A DNA stretch of 35,730 nt from the NCBI GenBank assembly GCA_964447425.1, contig CAYUTB010000002.1, forward strand, positions 7,770 to 43,499, in the 5' to 3' direction. This stretch comes from an uncultured Candidatus Bathyarchaeia archaeon (GTDB lineage: Archaea > Thermoproteota > Bathyarchaeia > TCS64). The notes under the pieces are model-generated. The model ran no database searches, was not told where the DNA came from, and saw only the letters and a program-made list of their open reading frames with translations. Made by a program: the position numbers and the translations under genes. Below are positions 1-8,525 of this stretch, in pieces (positions within the stretch are counted from its first letter, which is position 1; every line of letters begins with the position of its first letter).

Positions 1-118
1 GGGTCACGTGGATCATTGGCGATGGTCGTGCGTGACTCATCCCAGTCATCCTGACCCACAAATGGGAACCGGGTCGCTGCTATAACCCGGCTTATCCGGG
101 TCTTCAATACCTCTGGGG

Positions 119-1072
119 CTACCATACTCCACCCTGCTCCTTTATGAGCCTCACAGCATCCTCGAGACGGGGAATCGGGGCAACCGCGCCCAGCCCAGTG
201 GCTGTGAGAGCCCCAACTGCGTTGCTGAAACTCGCGGTTCTCTCCAAATCCCAACCCATCAAGACTCCTTTTATCCATGCACCATCAAATGCGTCACCCG
301 AACCAGTAGTATCCACCACATCCACCCTGTACCCGGGCATAGTGAAGCTCCGCTCATCCGTCGAGACATAGCAGCCTTTTCCTCCGTGCTTGACTACCAC
401 TGTCTCCACACCCATACCTCGCAGATACTCGGCTGCTATCGCGGGCTCCTTGATCCCGTAGAGGGTGTTCATATCCTCCATGCTCGCGAAAACCACATCA
501 GATACGCTGAAGGCTTCGGCTAAGCTCCTCCTCGCGGTTTCTACGTCCCATAGCTTCGCCCTCATGTTGATATCAAAACTGTTGAAGCCACCCTTTTCCT
601 TCACAAAATGTAGTGCCTTGAGGGCTGCCATCCTCACGCTTCCGCTGATGGCGAGACTGATGCCGCTGGTGTGGAAAACCTTAGCTCCGCCGAGGCAATC
701 GAGGTCCAGATCATCAACACTGTATCTGCTCGCCGCTGACCCAGCCCTATAATAGGTGAAATCATGTCCACCACCCTCCATGAGGCTGATAATATAGATA
801 GCCGTCCAGGCATCGGGCTCAACGAAGACCCTGCTATTATCCATGCCCTCAGCCTCCCAGAGGTCTAGGAAGCTTCTCCCGAACTCGTCACCCCCAAGTC
901 TGCAGATATGGGCTACACTGAGTCCTTGCCGGGATGCGGCTACCGCGAAGTTGCTTGTGTCTCCACCCCAGCCACGCTTGAATAACGGTGCCTTGCTGAG
1001 TCTCCCCACATCTGTGGCGCAGAACTCCACCATGGGCTCCCCTAGGCTAACTACATCTGGGATTGTCATCAC
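119..1072 (-). CDS. kdgK: PfkB-family sugar kinase, probably 2-keto-3-deoxygluconate (KDG) kinase
   Basis: 317-aa ORF with the C-terminal PfkB signature 'DTTGSGDAFDGAW' and an N-terminal GG-type motif. It lies divergent to a DapA/KDG-aldolase-family gene. The family call is firm; substrate specificity is inferred from context. Confidence 0.8.
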   Translation of the reverse strand: MMTIPDVVSLGEPMVEFCATDVGRLSKAPLFKRGWGGDTSNFAVAASRQGLSVAHICRLGGDEFGRSFLDLWEAEGMDNSRVFVEPDAWTAIYIISLMEGGGHDFTYYRAGSAASRYSVDDLDLDCLGGAKVFHTSGISLAISGSVRMAALKALHFVKEKGGFNSFDINMRAKLWDVETARRSLAEAFSVSDVVFASMEDMNTLYGIKEPAIAAEYLRGMGVETVVVKHGGKGCYVSTDERSFTMPGYRVDVVDTTGSGDAFDGAWIKGVLMGWDLERTASFSNAVGALTATGLGAVAPIPRLEDAVRLIKEQGGVW

Positions 1073-1133
1073 TCATGATGCGTCGTTTTCCGTGATAAAA
1101 TTTGGCACAAAGAATAACAACCCAGTCAATACT

Positions 1134-2027
1134 ATGGTGGTGAGTAAAATGGAGCCACTATCAGGGATAATCACAGCCCTAGTAACACCATTCACAGAGA
1201 CAGGGGAACTCAAAACTGAGGCGATACAGCCACTTATCGACTTCCAGATAAAAGGCGGAGTAGACGGCTTGTTCCTCTGCGGGACCGCTGGCCTTGGCTC
1301 GGTGATGAGAACCGATCAACGAGTCATGATGTTCAAGGAATCAGCGAAGGCGGCGCGGGGCAGGATCAAGCTCCTCGCACACGTTGGGGCACCCAGCACC
1401 GAGGAAGCAGTCATACTGGCTAGGGCAGCCGAGTCCGCCGGAGTGGATGCCTTGGGCGCTGTTCCACCCTACTTCATGAAGCCTGACGAAGAGAGTATAA
1501 TCAAACACTTCAAGACCATAGCAGAGGCGAGCAAACTACCACTCTACATATACAATATACCCGGTCAGGCAGTGAACTCCGTGACCCCAGCCATGATGCT
1601 CAAACTAGCCCAGATACCCAACATAAGGGGTGTGAAGGATAGTAGCAGAGACTTCATCAACCTACTGAACTACCTGCAGGTCCTGCCCGAGGACTTCACC
1701 GTCATCTGTGGCTCAGACAGTTACATCTACCCAGCCATGGTCATGGGCGCACGGGGAGCCATCACAGGCTACGCCAACGGTTTCCCCGATGTATACTCTG
1801 ATTTCCTCCGTGTAATCCGATCAGGGGATCAGGATGCTGCCAAGCGGAAACAGTTCGAGCTCAATGTACTCCGTGGAAAACTGCAGAAGCCTCCACTGGC
1901 GCCCCACTATGAGGCCTTACAGCTGCGCGGTGTTGACGCCGGTGTCCCACGGGCTCCCCTCAGAGGCATGACTGAGAGAGAACGCGTCGAGTTCAAGGAG
2001 AGCCTTATGAAGCTAGGAGTCCTCTAG
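1134..2027 (+). CDS. DapA/NAL-family class I aldolase, probably KD(P)G aldolase
   Basis: The track ORF 843..2027 has an implausible N-terminal extension antisense to kdgK. The real start is probably ATG 1134 (MVVSKMEPLSG) or ATG 1149. Family motifs: 'ALVTPF', 'GTAG', 'YNIPG', and the Schiff-base lysine context 'GVKDSS'. Confidence 0.8.
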   Translation: MVVSKMEPLSGIITALVTPFTETGELKTEAIQPLIDFQIKGGVDGLFLCGTAGLGSVMRTDQRVMMFKESAKAARGRIKLLAHVGAPSTEEAVILARAAESAGVDALGAVPPYFMKPDEESIIKHFKTIAEASKLPLYIYNIPGQAVNSVTPAMMLKLAQIPNIRGVKDSSRDFINLLNYLQVLPEDFTVICGSDSYIYPAMVMGARGAITGYANGFPDVYSDFLRVIRSGDQDAAKRKQFELNVLRGKLQKPPLAPHYEALQLRGVDAGVPRAPLRGMTERERVEFKESLMKLGVL

Positions 2028-2924
2028 AGACTCTATCTCATCATCGATGACTTTTTCGATATCCTCTAACTTGTCCTTGATCCATTTCTGCAGATTCTCT
2101 ATCTTCTTGACCCGCGCGTTCCACTTGTGGGCATCAATGTTCTCGAGTATCGTCTTCTCAACCATCTCCTGGAGAAGATTGGGGTCCAGAGCATCCAACT
2201 CAACCGAGCTATCACCATGAGTAGCCATGAAGCTCTCCGCACGGGCATCGCTACGCTTCACGGGCATGGGTGGAAGACTGTAATGCCTGATCTGTTCGGC
2301 GGTCAATGCGATGCGCTTCACCTCGAAGTCCTTGGCACCATACCTGCCCAGTCGATCCTCTAGGTCGCGTTCAATATCCACTCCGCTGGGATCAAAGTCC
2401 CCGAAGTAAAGCAATATAGTGGGCTTCCCGTTGAGCCTCGTCTGCATATAGTTAGCCATTATCTGGACATAGCTGAAGCTGGGGTATCCCCGTGTGGGGA
2501 AGGTGCGCACCGAGTACTGGTTCGCGACCCTGCTCACCAGCCTGCTCAGGGCATCCTTCTCGAGGCTAATCAAAAGATAGACAGGCTGCTCCTCCCACAT
2601 GAGCATAGTGAAGCCCTTCCAGCTATCCTGTAGACCGCTCAGCTTCTGCTTCAGATACTCCTCAGCCGAGTCATAACCCGTATCACCCCTGCCCAGTATA
2701 CGCCTGCTACGATCCTCAAGACAGTTAACGGGAACAGCCTCCTCTTCCCTTGCCTTGACCATTATCCTGCTGAGCCGCTTGTAGCTGTTGACTGTGTTTG
2801 GGATGAGAAGCCGAGACACCAGACGGTAATACAGCTGACGCAGCGTTATCGCTGTATCGTATTGGTCAAAGACCTCAAGGGCAGCAACTACGATCCTATC
2901 ATAGCTGGGGGGTCTCCCGCTCAT
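2013..2924 (-). CDS. Spo11/Topo VI subunit A-like protein (5Y-CAP + Toprim), short 'mini-A'-like form
   Basis: 303 aa. 'TLRQLYYRLV' matches the R-x3-Y catalytic-tyrosine motif of Top6A/Spo11 (R29, Y33). Toprim elements are 'LLISLEKDA' (E122), 'TRGYPS', 'YFGDFDPSGVDI' (D176xD178) and 'VELDAL'. The C-terminal tail is acidic and coiled-coil-like. No GHKL B subunit lies nearby. Confidence 0.7.
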   Translation of the reverse strand: MSGRPPSYDRIVVAALEVFDQYDTAITLRQLYYRLVSRLLIPNTVNSYKRLSRIMVKAREEEAVPVNCLEDRSRRILGRGDTGYDSAEEYLKQKLSGLQDSWKGFTMLMWEEQPVYLLISLEKDALSRLVSRVANQYSVRTFPTRGYPSFSYVQIMANYMQTRLNGKPTILLYFGDFDPSGVDIERDLEDRLGRYGAKDFEVKRIALTAEQIRHYSLPPMPVKRSDARAESFMATHGDSSVELDALDPNLLQEMVEKTILENIDAHKWNARVKKIENLQKWIKDKLEDIEKVIDDEIESLEDS

Positions 2925-3152
2925 TACAAAAACATATGTTGACTGAATATTATCTAGTTTTCCAATTAATAAGCGAATTCTGAGGATTCTTCTTTTAAAA
3001 ACAGATCTATTGTTTTCTGCATTTTTCTACAAGCGCTCATGCCGCCTCTAGCCTTTGTAAAATACTCAGAAAAATCGCAGTTCGATAATTATTATCCGGA
3101 TCATATAGAGTAAGGTTTTTAATCGATATCGCTTGAAAGTCATAGACTAACA

Positions 3153-3428
3153 ATGTCATTGAAAAAAGCAACACCTGTTGAGATCATAGACGGTATCAGC
3201 TTCCGTCTCAGGACTGACGCAATCATTGTACTCGAGGGCGTCGAAGCGCCAGACAAGTCAACGCCAGAGGGACAAAAAGCCAAGGCAAAACTAGCTGAGT
3301 TGGTTCTAAAGCAAAAGGTGGAATATGAGACGACCGCATGGACTCCAATGGGTCAGACAAAGGCGAACGTTAACCTCGACGGAGTAGACATAAACGCCGA
3401 GATGAAGAAATTCATCGCTACTCTATAA
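3153..3428 (+). CDS. Small staphylococcal-nuclease (SNase/thermonuclease)-fold-like protein, probably catalytically degenerate
   Basis: 91 aa. By-eye alignment to the SNase core: 'VEIIDGISFRL' vs 'IKAIDGDTVKL', 'LEGVEAPD' vs 'LLLVDTPE', 'EGQKAKAKLAELV' vs 'YGPEASAFTKKMV', 'MGQTKANVNLDGVDINAEM' vs 'YGRGLAYIYADGKMVNEAL'. The positions of catalytic R35 and R87 appear substituted, and the C-terminal helices are missing. Confidence 0.5.
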   Translation: MSLKKATPVEIIDGISFRLRTDAIIVLEGVEAPDKSTPEGQKAKAKLAELVLKQKVEYETTAWTPMGQTKANVNLDGVDINAEMKKFIATL

Positions 3429-3479
3429 TCCCTTTTTCAACTCAACTTTTTGTTAATGCTGTCTTTTCAACTTGTAGTT

Positions 3480-3517
3480 AATACTACAGGTTCAACATAT
3501 AGTGAATACTACAGGTT
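3480..3517. repeat. Two copies of the 13-bp direct repeat AATACTACAGGTT (3480-3492 and 3505-3517), a candidate operator upstream of the M24 peptidase gene
   Basis: Exact 13-mer repeated with a 25-bp period. The first copy sits in the imperfect inverted repeat CTTGTAGT-TAAT-ACTACAGG. Upstream, TTTTCAACT occurs twice (3434-3442 and 3464-3472). Confidence 0.6.
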
Positions 3518-3553
3518 GCCGGAGGCATTAAAGGCTACAACTGCATTTTTTCA

Positions 3554-4672
3554 TTGATCTATTTGAGTGCATTCCAGAAAGAAAGATGCAAACAGGTGTT
3601 AGACCTGCTTCATGGAGATGGTGTTGATGTATTACTGCTCTTTCCCGGGGCCAATATCTCGTATTATACTGGTTTTCCCGTCGGGGTGAGTGAGCGTCTC
3701 GCGGCTGCTGTTGTTCCCGTTGATGGCGAGCCCTATTTTGTTGTTAACCGGCTTGAGGGTGAGCTACGGGGATTGGATCCCTGGTTCAAACGGGTTGAGA
3801 TATGGGATGAGCATGAAGACCCGGTTAGGCTTCTGGCTGATACTCTCATGGCTTCTGGTTATGGTGATGGGTGTCTCGGTATTCCCGAGGAGGCTCCTTG
3901 GGGCTGGGTTAACAGCTTGAATGAGTTGATGCCTAAAGCGAAGTTCGTTGATGTGGGTAAACACCTCGGTTATGTCCGTATGGTGAAGACCGATGAGGAG
4001 GTAGCGTTAATCGAAGAAGCCTGCAGGATCAGTGACGCGGCGATGGAGGAGGCGTTCGCTCAGCTTCATACAGGTATAACTGAGAAGGAGCTTCAGACCC
4101 TGATGGTAAACGGTATGCAGAGCAGGGGCGCCAGCAGAGCCTTCGCTGGTGTACTATTCGGTGAGAGGGCTGCATTGCCTCATGGCTCAGCGGGTGATAT
4201 GAGGCTTGAGCCCGGTGAATTCGTGCTCGTTGACATGGGTGGTCTCTACAAGGGCTACTGGAGCGACTGCACGAGAACCGTTTTCTATGGTGATGAGCCA
4301 TCCAAGAAGCAGAGGAAAATCTATGAAATCGTGCTGGCTGCTAACCGGGCTTCTCTAGCTGCGACCCATGTGGGAGTTACTTGTGAGTCTATCGATGTGG
4401 CTGCGCGTAAGGTTATCGATGCTGCTGGTTATGGTGAGTACTTTATTCACAGGCTGGGGCATGGGCTCGGTATGGAGATCCATGAGCACCCCTATATGGT
4501 TAGGAACAACACTCAGCTTCTGGAGCCCAACATGGTTTTCACTGATGAACCCGGCATCTACATCGTCGGGGAGATCGGTGTGCGTGTCGAGGACACTGTT
4601 GTCTGCACAGAGAAGGGTGGAAGAGAGCTCACCCACTTCCCAAGAGAACTCAGAAAGTATCCGGTGAAGTAG
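3554..4672 (+). CDS. M24-family Xaa-Pro aminopeptidase/dipeptidase
   Basis: 372 aa. N-terminal creatinase/prolidase-type domain plus a pita-bread domain with metal ligand motifs 'VLVDMGG', 'YWSDCTRT', 'HRLGHGLGMEIHEHP', 'EPGIY' and 'VRVEDT'. The only upstream in-frame start is TTG at 3554. Confidence 0.9.
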   Translation: MIYLSAFQKERCKQVLDLLHGDGVDVLLLFPGANISYYTGFPVGVSERLAAAVVPVDGEPYFVVNRLEGELRGLDPWFKRVEIWDEHEDPVRLLADTLMASGYGDGCLGIPEEAPWGWVNSLNELMPKAKFVDVGKHLGYVRMVKTDEEVALIEEACRISDAAMEEAFAQLHTGITEKELQTLMVNGMQSRGASRAFAGVLFGERAALPHGSAGDMRLEPGEFVLVDMGGLYKGYWSDCTRTVFYGDEPSKKQRKIYEIVLAANRASLAATHVGVTCESIDVAARKVIDAAGYGEYFIHRLGHGLGMEIHEHPYMVRNNTQLLEPNMVFTDEPGIYIVGEIGVRVEDTVVCTEKGGRELTHFPRELRKYPVK

Positions 4673-5023
4673 ATGTTGACACTCAGCCTTGGATTGGTTG
4701 CAGGTGGCCTCCTAACCGTTGTGGGGGCTGTCATCTGTCTCTACTGGTATGTGTACTGGGGGCGCAACTTCCAAGGCAAACTGCTCACCGAGGGACCGTA
4801 TGGTGTGGTTCGGCATCCTTTCTACGCTGGCTTCATCATGTTTGTGCTGGGCTTAACCATCTCTCTTCCTATCTATGAGACACGGCTGCTGGCGGTACTC
4901 ACCTTCGCCGTGATGTATGTGTTTGTTCCCAAGGAGGAGGAGCAGCTACTACGGGAGTACAAGGATGAGTACCGGAAGTATATGAAGAAGGTCAAGTGGA
5001 AACTGATACCATACCTGTACTAG
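4673..5023 (+). CDS. Isoprenylcysteine carboxyl / phospholipid methyltransferase (ICMT/PEMT)-family membrane protein, short form
   Basis: 116 aa and hydrophobic, with 'LTEGPYGVVRHPFYAGFIMFVLG', typical of the ICMT/PEMT family. The ATG directly abuts the upstream TAG stop. Confidence 0.7.
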   Translation: MLTLSLGLVAGGLLTVVGAVICLYWYVYWGRNFQGKLLTEGPYGVVRHPFYAGFIMFVLGLTISLPIYETRLLAVLTFAVMYVFVPKEEEQLLREYKDEYRKYMKKVKWKLIPYLY

Positions 5024-5061
5024 ATTCAATTTTCATAGAACCCGCTAGTAAGCAGGTTCAT

Positions 5062-5475
5062 ATGCCGTCAACCCATCCAATTCTTATGATTACTGTTGCC
5101 GGTGGGATAATCCAGAAGGATGATAAGATTTTGATCGCCCAGCGGCACCGAGATGATACCCATGGGTTGAAGTGGGAGTTCCCCGGAGGCACATTGAAGC
5201 CCGATGAATGCGGCGAGGATGGGGTAGTCCGGGAGATTATGGAGGAGCTTGGTATCGTTGTTGATGTAGTTTGCTATTATGGGTCTTACACTGAGCCACC
5301 GCTGCGGATTCTCTACTATCTTTTGCGGTATGTTTCGGGTGAGATCAGGTTAACCGAGCATGAGCAGGCAAACTGGATAACCAAGGATGAACTCCTTGAC
5401 TATGATCTGCTGTCTGGGGATCTGATTATCGCCCAGAATCTTCTCTCCCACCCAAAGAACCCGTTAAGTCGTTAG
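5062..5475 (+). CDS. Nudix hydrolase (MutT-like)
   Basis: Complete Nudix box 'GGTLKPDECGEDGVVREIMEELGI' (G-x5-E-x7-REUxEExGU). ATG 5062 is preferred over the track's GTG 4996, which overlaps the upstream gene. Confidence 0.85.
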   Translation: MPSTHPILMITVAGGIIQKDDKILIAQRHRDDTHGLKWEFPGGTLKPDECGEDGVVREIMEELGIVVDVVCYYGSYTEPPLRILYYLLRYVSGEIRLTEHEQANWITKDELLDYDLLSGDLIIAQNLLSHPKNPLSR

Positions 5476-5511
5476 ATAATAATAAAAACCCATAACATTA
5501 CATCGCATGAG

Positions 5512-6240
5512 ATGGAGCGCCTCTGTGATCTATTATTCGAGTTATCCAGCACCGAGAGGATGAGGATACTCCAAAAAATCAGTAATGGCAGGCTCAAGCT
5601 CTCCCACATAGCACAGGAACTGGAGATCACAGTAACTGAGACATCACGTCATCTCCAGCGTCTTCAGGAGGCTGGTTTGTTAGGCAGGGACGGTGATGGG
5701 CATTATTATCTTACCAACTATGGTGAAGCTTCTCTTCAGCTTCTTGGAGGACTCGGTGTCCTTTCTGGGAACAGGGGTTACGTGCTCAATCACGATCTAT
5801 CTGTACTTCCAAAGGAATTTCTACAGAGAATAGGGGCTTTAGAGGAAGCGAGGTTCGTTGTTGATACCTTGACTGGTCTACGTTTGACCGAGATGATGTA
5901 TCAGGAGGCTGAGGAGTATATCTGGGTGATGTCAGAGCAGATACTTGTAAGTGCGTTACCCATTATCCAGAAAAGGGTCGATACAGGGGTAGAGTTCAGG
6001 TTTATCGCACCTGAGAACATCGTTCCTCCTCCCGGGTTTGAACCCACTAGAGGCACATTGGAGATGATCTTACCGGAGGTTAGTATCAGGTTGGCTGTTA
6101 CTGATAAGGAGGCATTAATCTGTTTACCCTACATTCACGGCGCTTTGGATTACTCTCCTATTATAGGTACAAGCGAGGGGTTCCGTCAGTGGTGTAAGGA
6201 CCTGTTCCTATACTACTGGAACTCAGGCTCAACATCCTAA
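5512..6240 (+). CDS. ArsR-type winged-helix regulator with a DUF1724 (FilR1-like) C-terminal domain
   Basis: 242 aa. N-terminal wHTH 'RMRILQKISNGRLKLSHIAQELEITVTETSRHLQRLQEAGLL', followed by a roughly 150-aa domain of the kind found in archaeal ArsR/DUF1724 regulators. Confidence 0.7.
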   Translation: MERLCDLLFELSSTERMRILQKISNGRLKLSHIAQELEITVTETSRHLQRLQEAGLLGRDGDGHYYLTNYGEASLQLLGGLGVLSGNRGYVLNHDLSVLPKEFLQRIGALEEARFVVDTLTGLRLTEMMYQEAEEYIWVMSEQILVSALPIIQKRVDTGVEFRFIAPENIVPPPGFEPTRGTLEMILPEVSIRLAVTDKEALICLPYIHGALDYSPIIGTSEGFRQWCKDLFLYYWNSGSTS

Positions 6241-6328
6241 AGGTTAACCCTTAATTTTTCGCATCAAACCGAAGATTACTTTATTCTCATTTCCGCACTA
6301 GATATTCTATACATAAAGGTGCAATACT

Positions 6329-7357
6329 GTGAAAAAATTTAGACTTGGTAAAACTGGTTTGATGGTTTCAAAGGTCGCCATAGGCGGTATACCTATCCAG
6401 AGACCCTCTCCGGAGAAGGCAAAGTATGTAATATTACGTGCACTGGATCTGGGCATCAACTTCGTGGATACCTCCATCGGGTATGGTGATAGCGAGATCA
6501 GGATAGGAGAGGCGTTGAAAGGCCGTAGAGATGAGGCGATCATCGCTACCAAGGGTAGCTGGAGGAGCGGTGAGCAGACAGAGAACACCATAAACGGCAG
6601 CCTGCATCGACTAGGAGTAGACTACATCGATCTATGGCAGTTCCACAACGTACCAACCATGGAGCTATATGATCAGATGATTGAGGATGGTGGTGCTCTA
6701 AGGGCAGCGCAGAGAGCATTGGACGAAGGCATGATCAGGCATCTCGGGATGTCCAGCCACAACCTAGATGTTGCGTTGAAGGCGACAGCCTCCGGGCTCT
6801 TCGAAACAATACAGTTTCCGTTCAACTTTATCTCAGATGAGGCAGTTTCCGAGTTAATCCCCCTAGCCAAGATGCACGATATTGGTTTCATAGGAATGAA
6901 GCCCTTCGCGGGTGGAAACATCACAGATGCTGGGCTTGCCTTCAGGTATCTTCTCCAGTTTGACTCGGTTCTCCCAGATCCCGGTGTGGAGAAGATCGAG
7001 GAAGTCGAGGAGATTGTTGGGTTGGTTGATAACCCCGAGCCCCTCTCTGATTTGGATCGAATGAGAATAAGTGAGATCAGAGCAGAGCTGGGGCACAGGT
7101 TCTGCAGGCAGTGCCTCTACTGCCAACCGTGCCCACAAGGAGTCGGCATCTGGATGACTATGATCACCAAGAAAATGCACAGGCTCTGGCCACTTGAGAG
7201 CTTCATGGAGATCATGGCTGGTCCCATAGAGTCCGCTGAGAACTGTATCCAGTGCGGCGTCTGTGAATCCAAGTGCCCATATGGGTTACCCATCAGAGAG
7301 ATGCTAAAGGAAAACACCGAGTACTATAACAGGGTAAAGGTGGAAGCCCAGAGATGA
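6329..7357 (+). CDS. Aldo/keto reductase with a C-terminal 4Fe-4S cluster-binding domain
   Basis: 342 aa, GTG start. AKR N-terminus 'LGKTGLMVSKVAIGG...INFVDTSIGYGDSE', plus Cys clusters 'CRQCLYCQPCP' and 'CIQCGVCESKCP'. Confidence 0.85.
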   Translation: MKKFRLGKTGLMVSKVAIGGIPIQRPSPEKAKYVILRALDLGINFVDTSIGYGDSEIRIGEALKGRRDEAIIATKGSWRSGEQTENTINGSLHRLGVDYIDLWQFHNVPTMELYDQMIEDGGALRAAQRALDEGMIRHLGMSSHNLDVALKATASGLFETIQFPFNFISDEAVSELIPLAKMHDIGFIGMKPFAGGNITDAGLAFRYLLQFDSVLPDPGVEKIEEVEEIVGLVDNPEPLSDLDRMRISEIRAELGHRFCRQCLYCQPCPQGVGIWMTMITKKMHRLWPLESFMEIMAGPIESAENCIQCGVCESKCPYGLPIREMLKENTEYYNRVKVEAQR

Positions 7358-8280
7358 AGATAGGACTGCAACAGCCCTTCTTCAAGTATCCTGGTGGAAC
7401 AAGCAGCATAGCCGAGACATTGGCAGCGACTGCGAGGACCGCAGAAGAATTAGGGTTCAGCAGCTTCTGGGTTATGGATCATTTCTATCAGGTTGGTCAA
7501 GGCTTTGGCTTATACTCAGATCCAATGCTGGAGGCGTATACCACTCTTGGCTACCTAGCTGGGGTAACCGAGAAAATGAGCTTGGGTACCATGGTTACAG
7601 GTAACATCTATCGAAACCCGGGGCTGTTAGTTAAGATGGTTACGACCCTTGATGTTCTCTCCAAGGGTAGAGCGTACTTGGGCATCGGTGCAGGGTGGTT
7701 TAGGCAGGAGGCTGAAGCCTTCGGATTACCTTTTCCCGGGTCCAGATCGGAGTTGATTGGGAGGCTGACTGAGTCACTGAAGATCGCTAGGCACATCTGG
7801 GGCACTGGAGGTGACTTTGAAGGAACCTATTGGAGCTTGAAGTCGCCTGTAAACAATCCACCTCCCATCTCGGTGCCTCATCCGCCTGTACTGATTGGCT
7901 GCGAGGGTGAGAAAACAATGCTCAAACTTGTGGCAAAGTACGGTGACGCCGTCAACCTCCACATAGGAACGCCCCTTCAAGGGCACGGGGACTGGATGAG
8001 GGAACGCTATGCGAACAAGAAACGTGATCTCACGAGAAAACTGGATATCCTAAGGGACAACTGCTCTAGGGTTGGCAGAGACTATTCCAGCATCGAGAAG
8101 ACAGGGCTCGCTACGATTCTTTTAGATGATGAGCATATGTCTGTTGATGATGTGAAGGAACTCTGCTTTGAGTTGAGCGAGATAGGTTTCGACCATATCA
8201 TCTTCAATATGTCTAATGCCCACCTTCTTGAGCCTCTCAAGGAAATCGGTTCAGTAATCCCAGAGGTGCGGAATCTGTGA
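7354..8280 (+). CDS. Luciferase-like monooxygenase (LLM) family oxidoreductase, flavin- or F420-dependent
   Basis: 308 aa with 'AEELGFSSFWVMDHF' and 'LGIGAGW', typical of LLM-class enzymes. ATGA start/stop overlap with the upstream AKR gene. Confidence 0.85.
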   Translation: MKIGLQQPFFKYPGGTSSIAETLAATARTAEELGFSSFWVMDHFYQVGQGFGLYSDPMLEAYTTLGYLAGVTEKMSLGTMVTGNIYRNPGLLVKMVTTLDVLSKGRAYLGIGAGWFRQEAEAFGLPFPGSRSELIGRLTESLKIARHIWGTGGDFEGTYWSLKSPVNNPPPISVPHPPVLIGCEGEKTMLKLVAKYGDAVNLHIGTPLQGHGDWMRERYANKKRDLTRKLDILRDNCSRVGRDYSSIEKTGLATILLDDEHMSVDDVKELCFELSEIGFDHIIFNMSNAHLLEPLKEIGSVIPEVRNL

Positions 8281-8525
8281 GTGATCGTTCTTTCTCAATC
8301 GAGCTCAAAGACAAGAAGAATCTACACACCATCACCATCGAGGGCAGTCGAGGTGCTGTGATCATCGAGGGGAAGATGGGTAAGACACAAGAGATTAGCC
8401 ATGTTGAAGGCGTGATGCTGGAGATATGCTGCAGTGATGGGGTTCTCCGTGTGGATCTGAGCAACGAGGAGCTGGAGTCTATTATAGCAAAGAAGACCGG
8501 AGAAGATACAGTGAATACTATATGA
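8277..8525 (+). CDS. Hypothetical small protein (82 aa)
   Basis: GTG start overlapping the LLM stop (GTGA). Its stop overlaps the ATG of the CPBP pseudogene (ATGA at 8522-8525), which suggests operon coupling. I recognise no motif. Confidence 0.35.
   Translation: MSDRSFSIELKDKKNLHTITIEGSRGAVIIEGKMGKTQEISHVEGVMLEICCSDGVLRVDLSNEELESIIAKKTGEDTVNTI

Noticed and set aside
1-118. Possible start of a minus-strand gene (ATG at 49) and the hairpin ACCCGG-CTTAT-CCGGGT (85-101) downstream of kdgK
   Set aside because: Only 16 codons are visible before the window edge and there is no recognisable motif. The hairpin is short, and archaeal termination does not require it.
843-1133. N-terminal 97 codons of the track ORF 843..2027
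   Set aside because: This part lies antisense to the kdgK coding region and has a Pro/Ser-rich, non-protein-like composition. The DapA-family homology only begins at 'MVVSKMEPLSGIITALVTPF' (ATG 1134 or 1149).
2013-3553. Calling the mini-A locus an integrated mobile element
   Set aside because: I found no integrase, transposase, tRNA target or flanking direct/inverted repeats. The shared 10-mer CTGCATTTTT at 3017 and 3541 is too short and AT-rich to count as att sites. The mobile-element idea is kept only as a hypothesis in the finding.
4996-5061. GTG-initiated extension of the Nudix ORF
   Set aside because: It overlaps the end of the ICMT-like gene and adds residues not typical of MutT-like proteins. 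ATG 5062 gives a normal-length Nudix protein.
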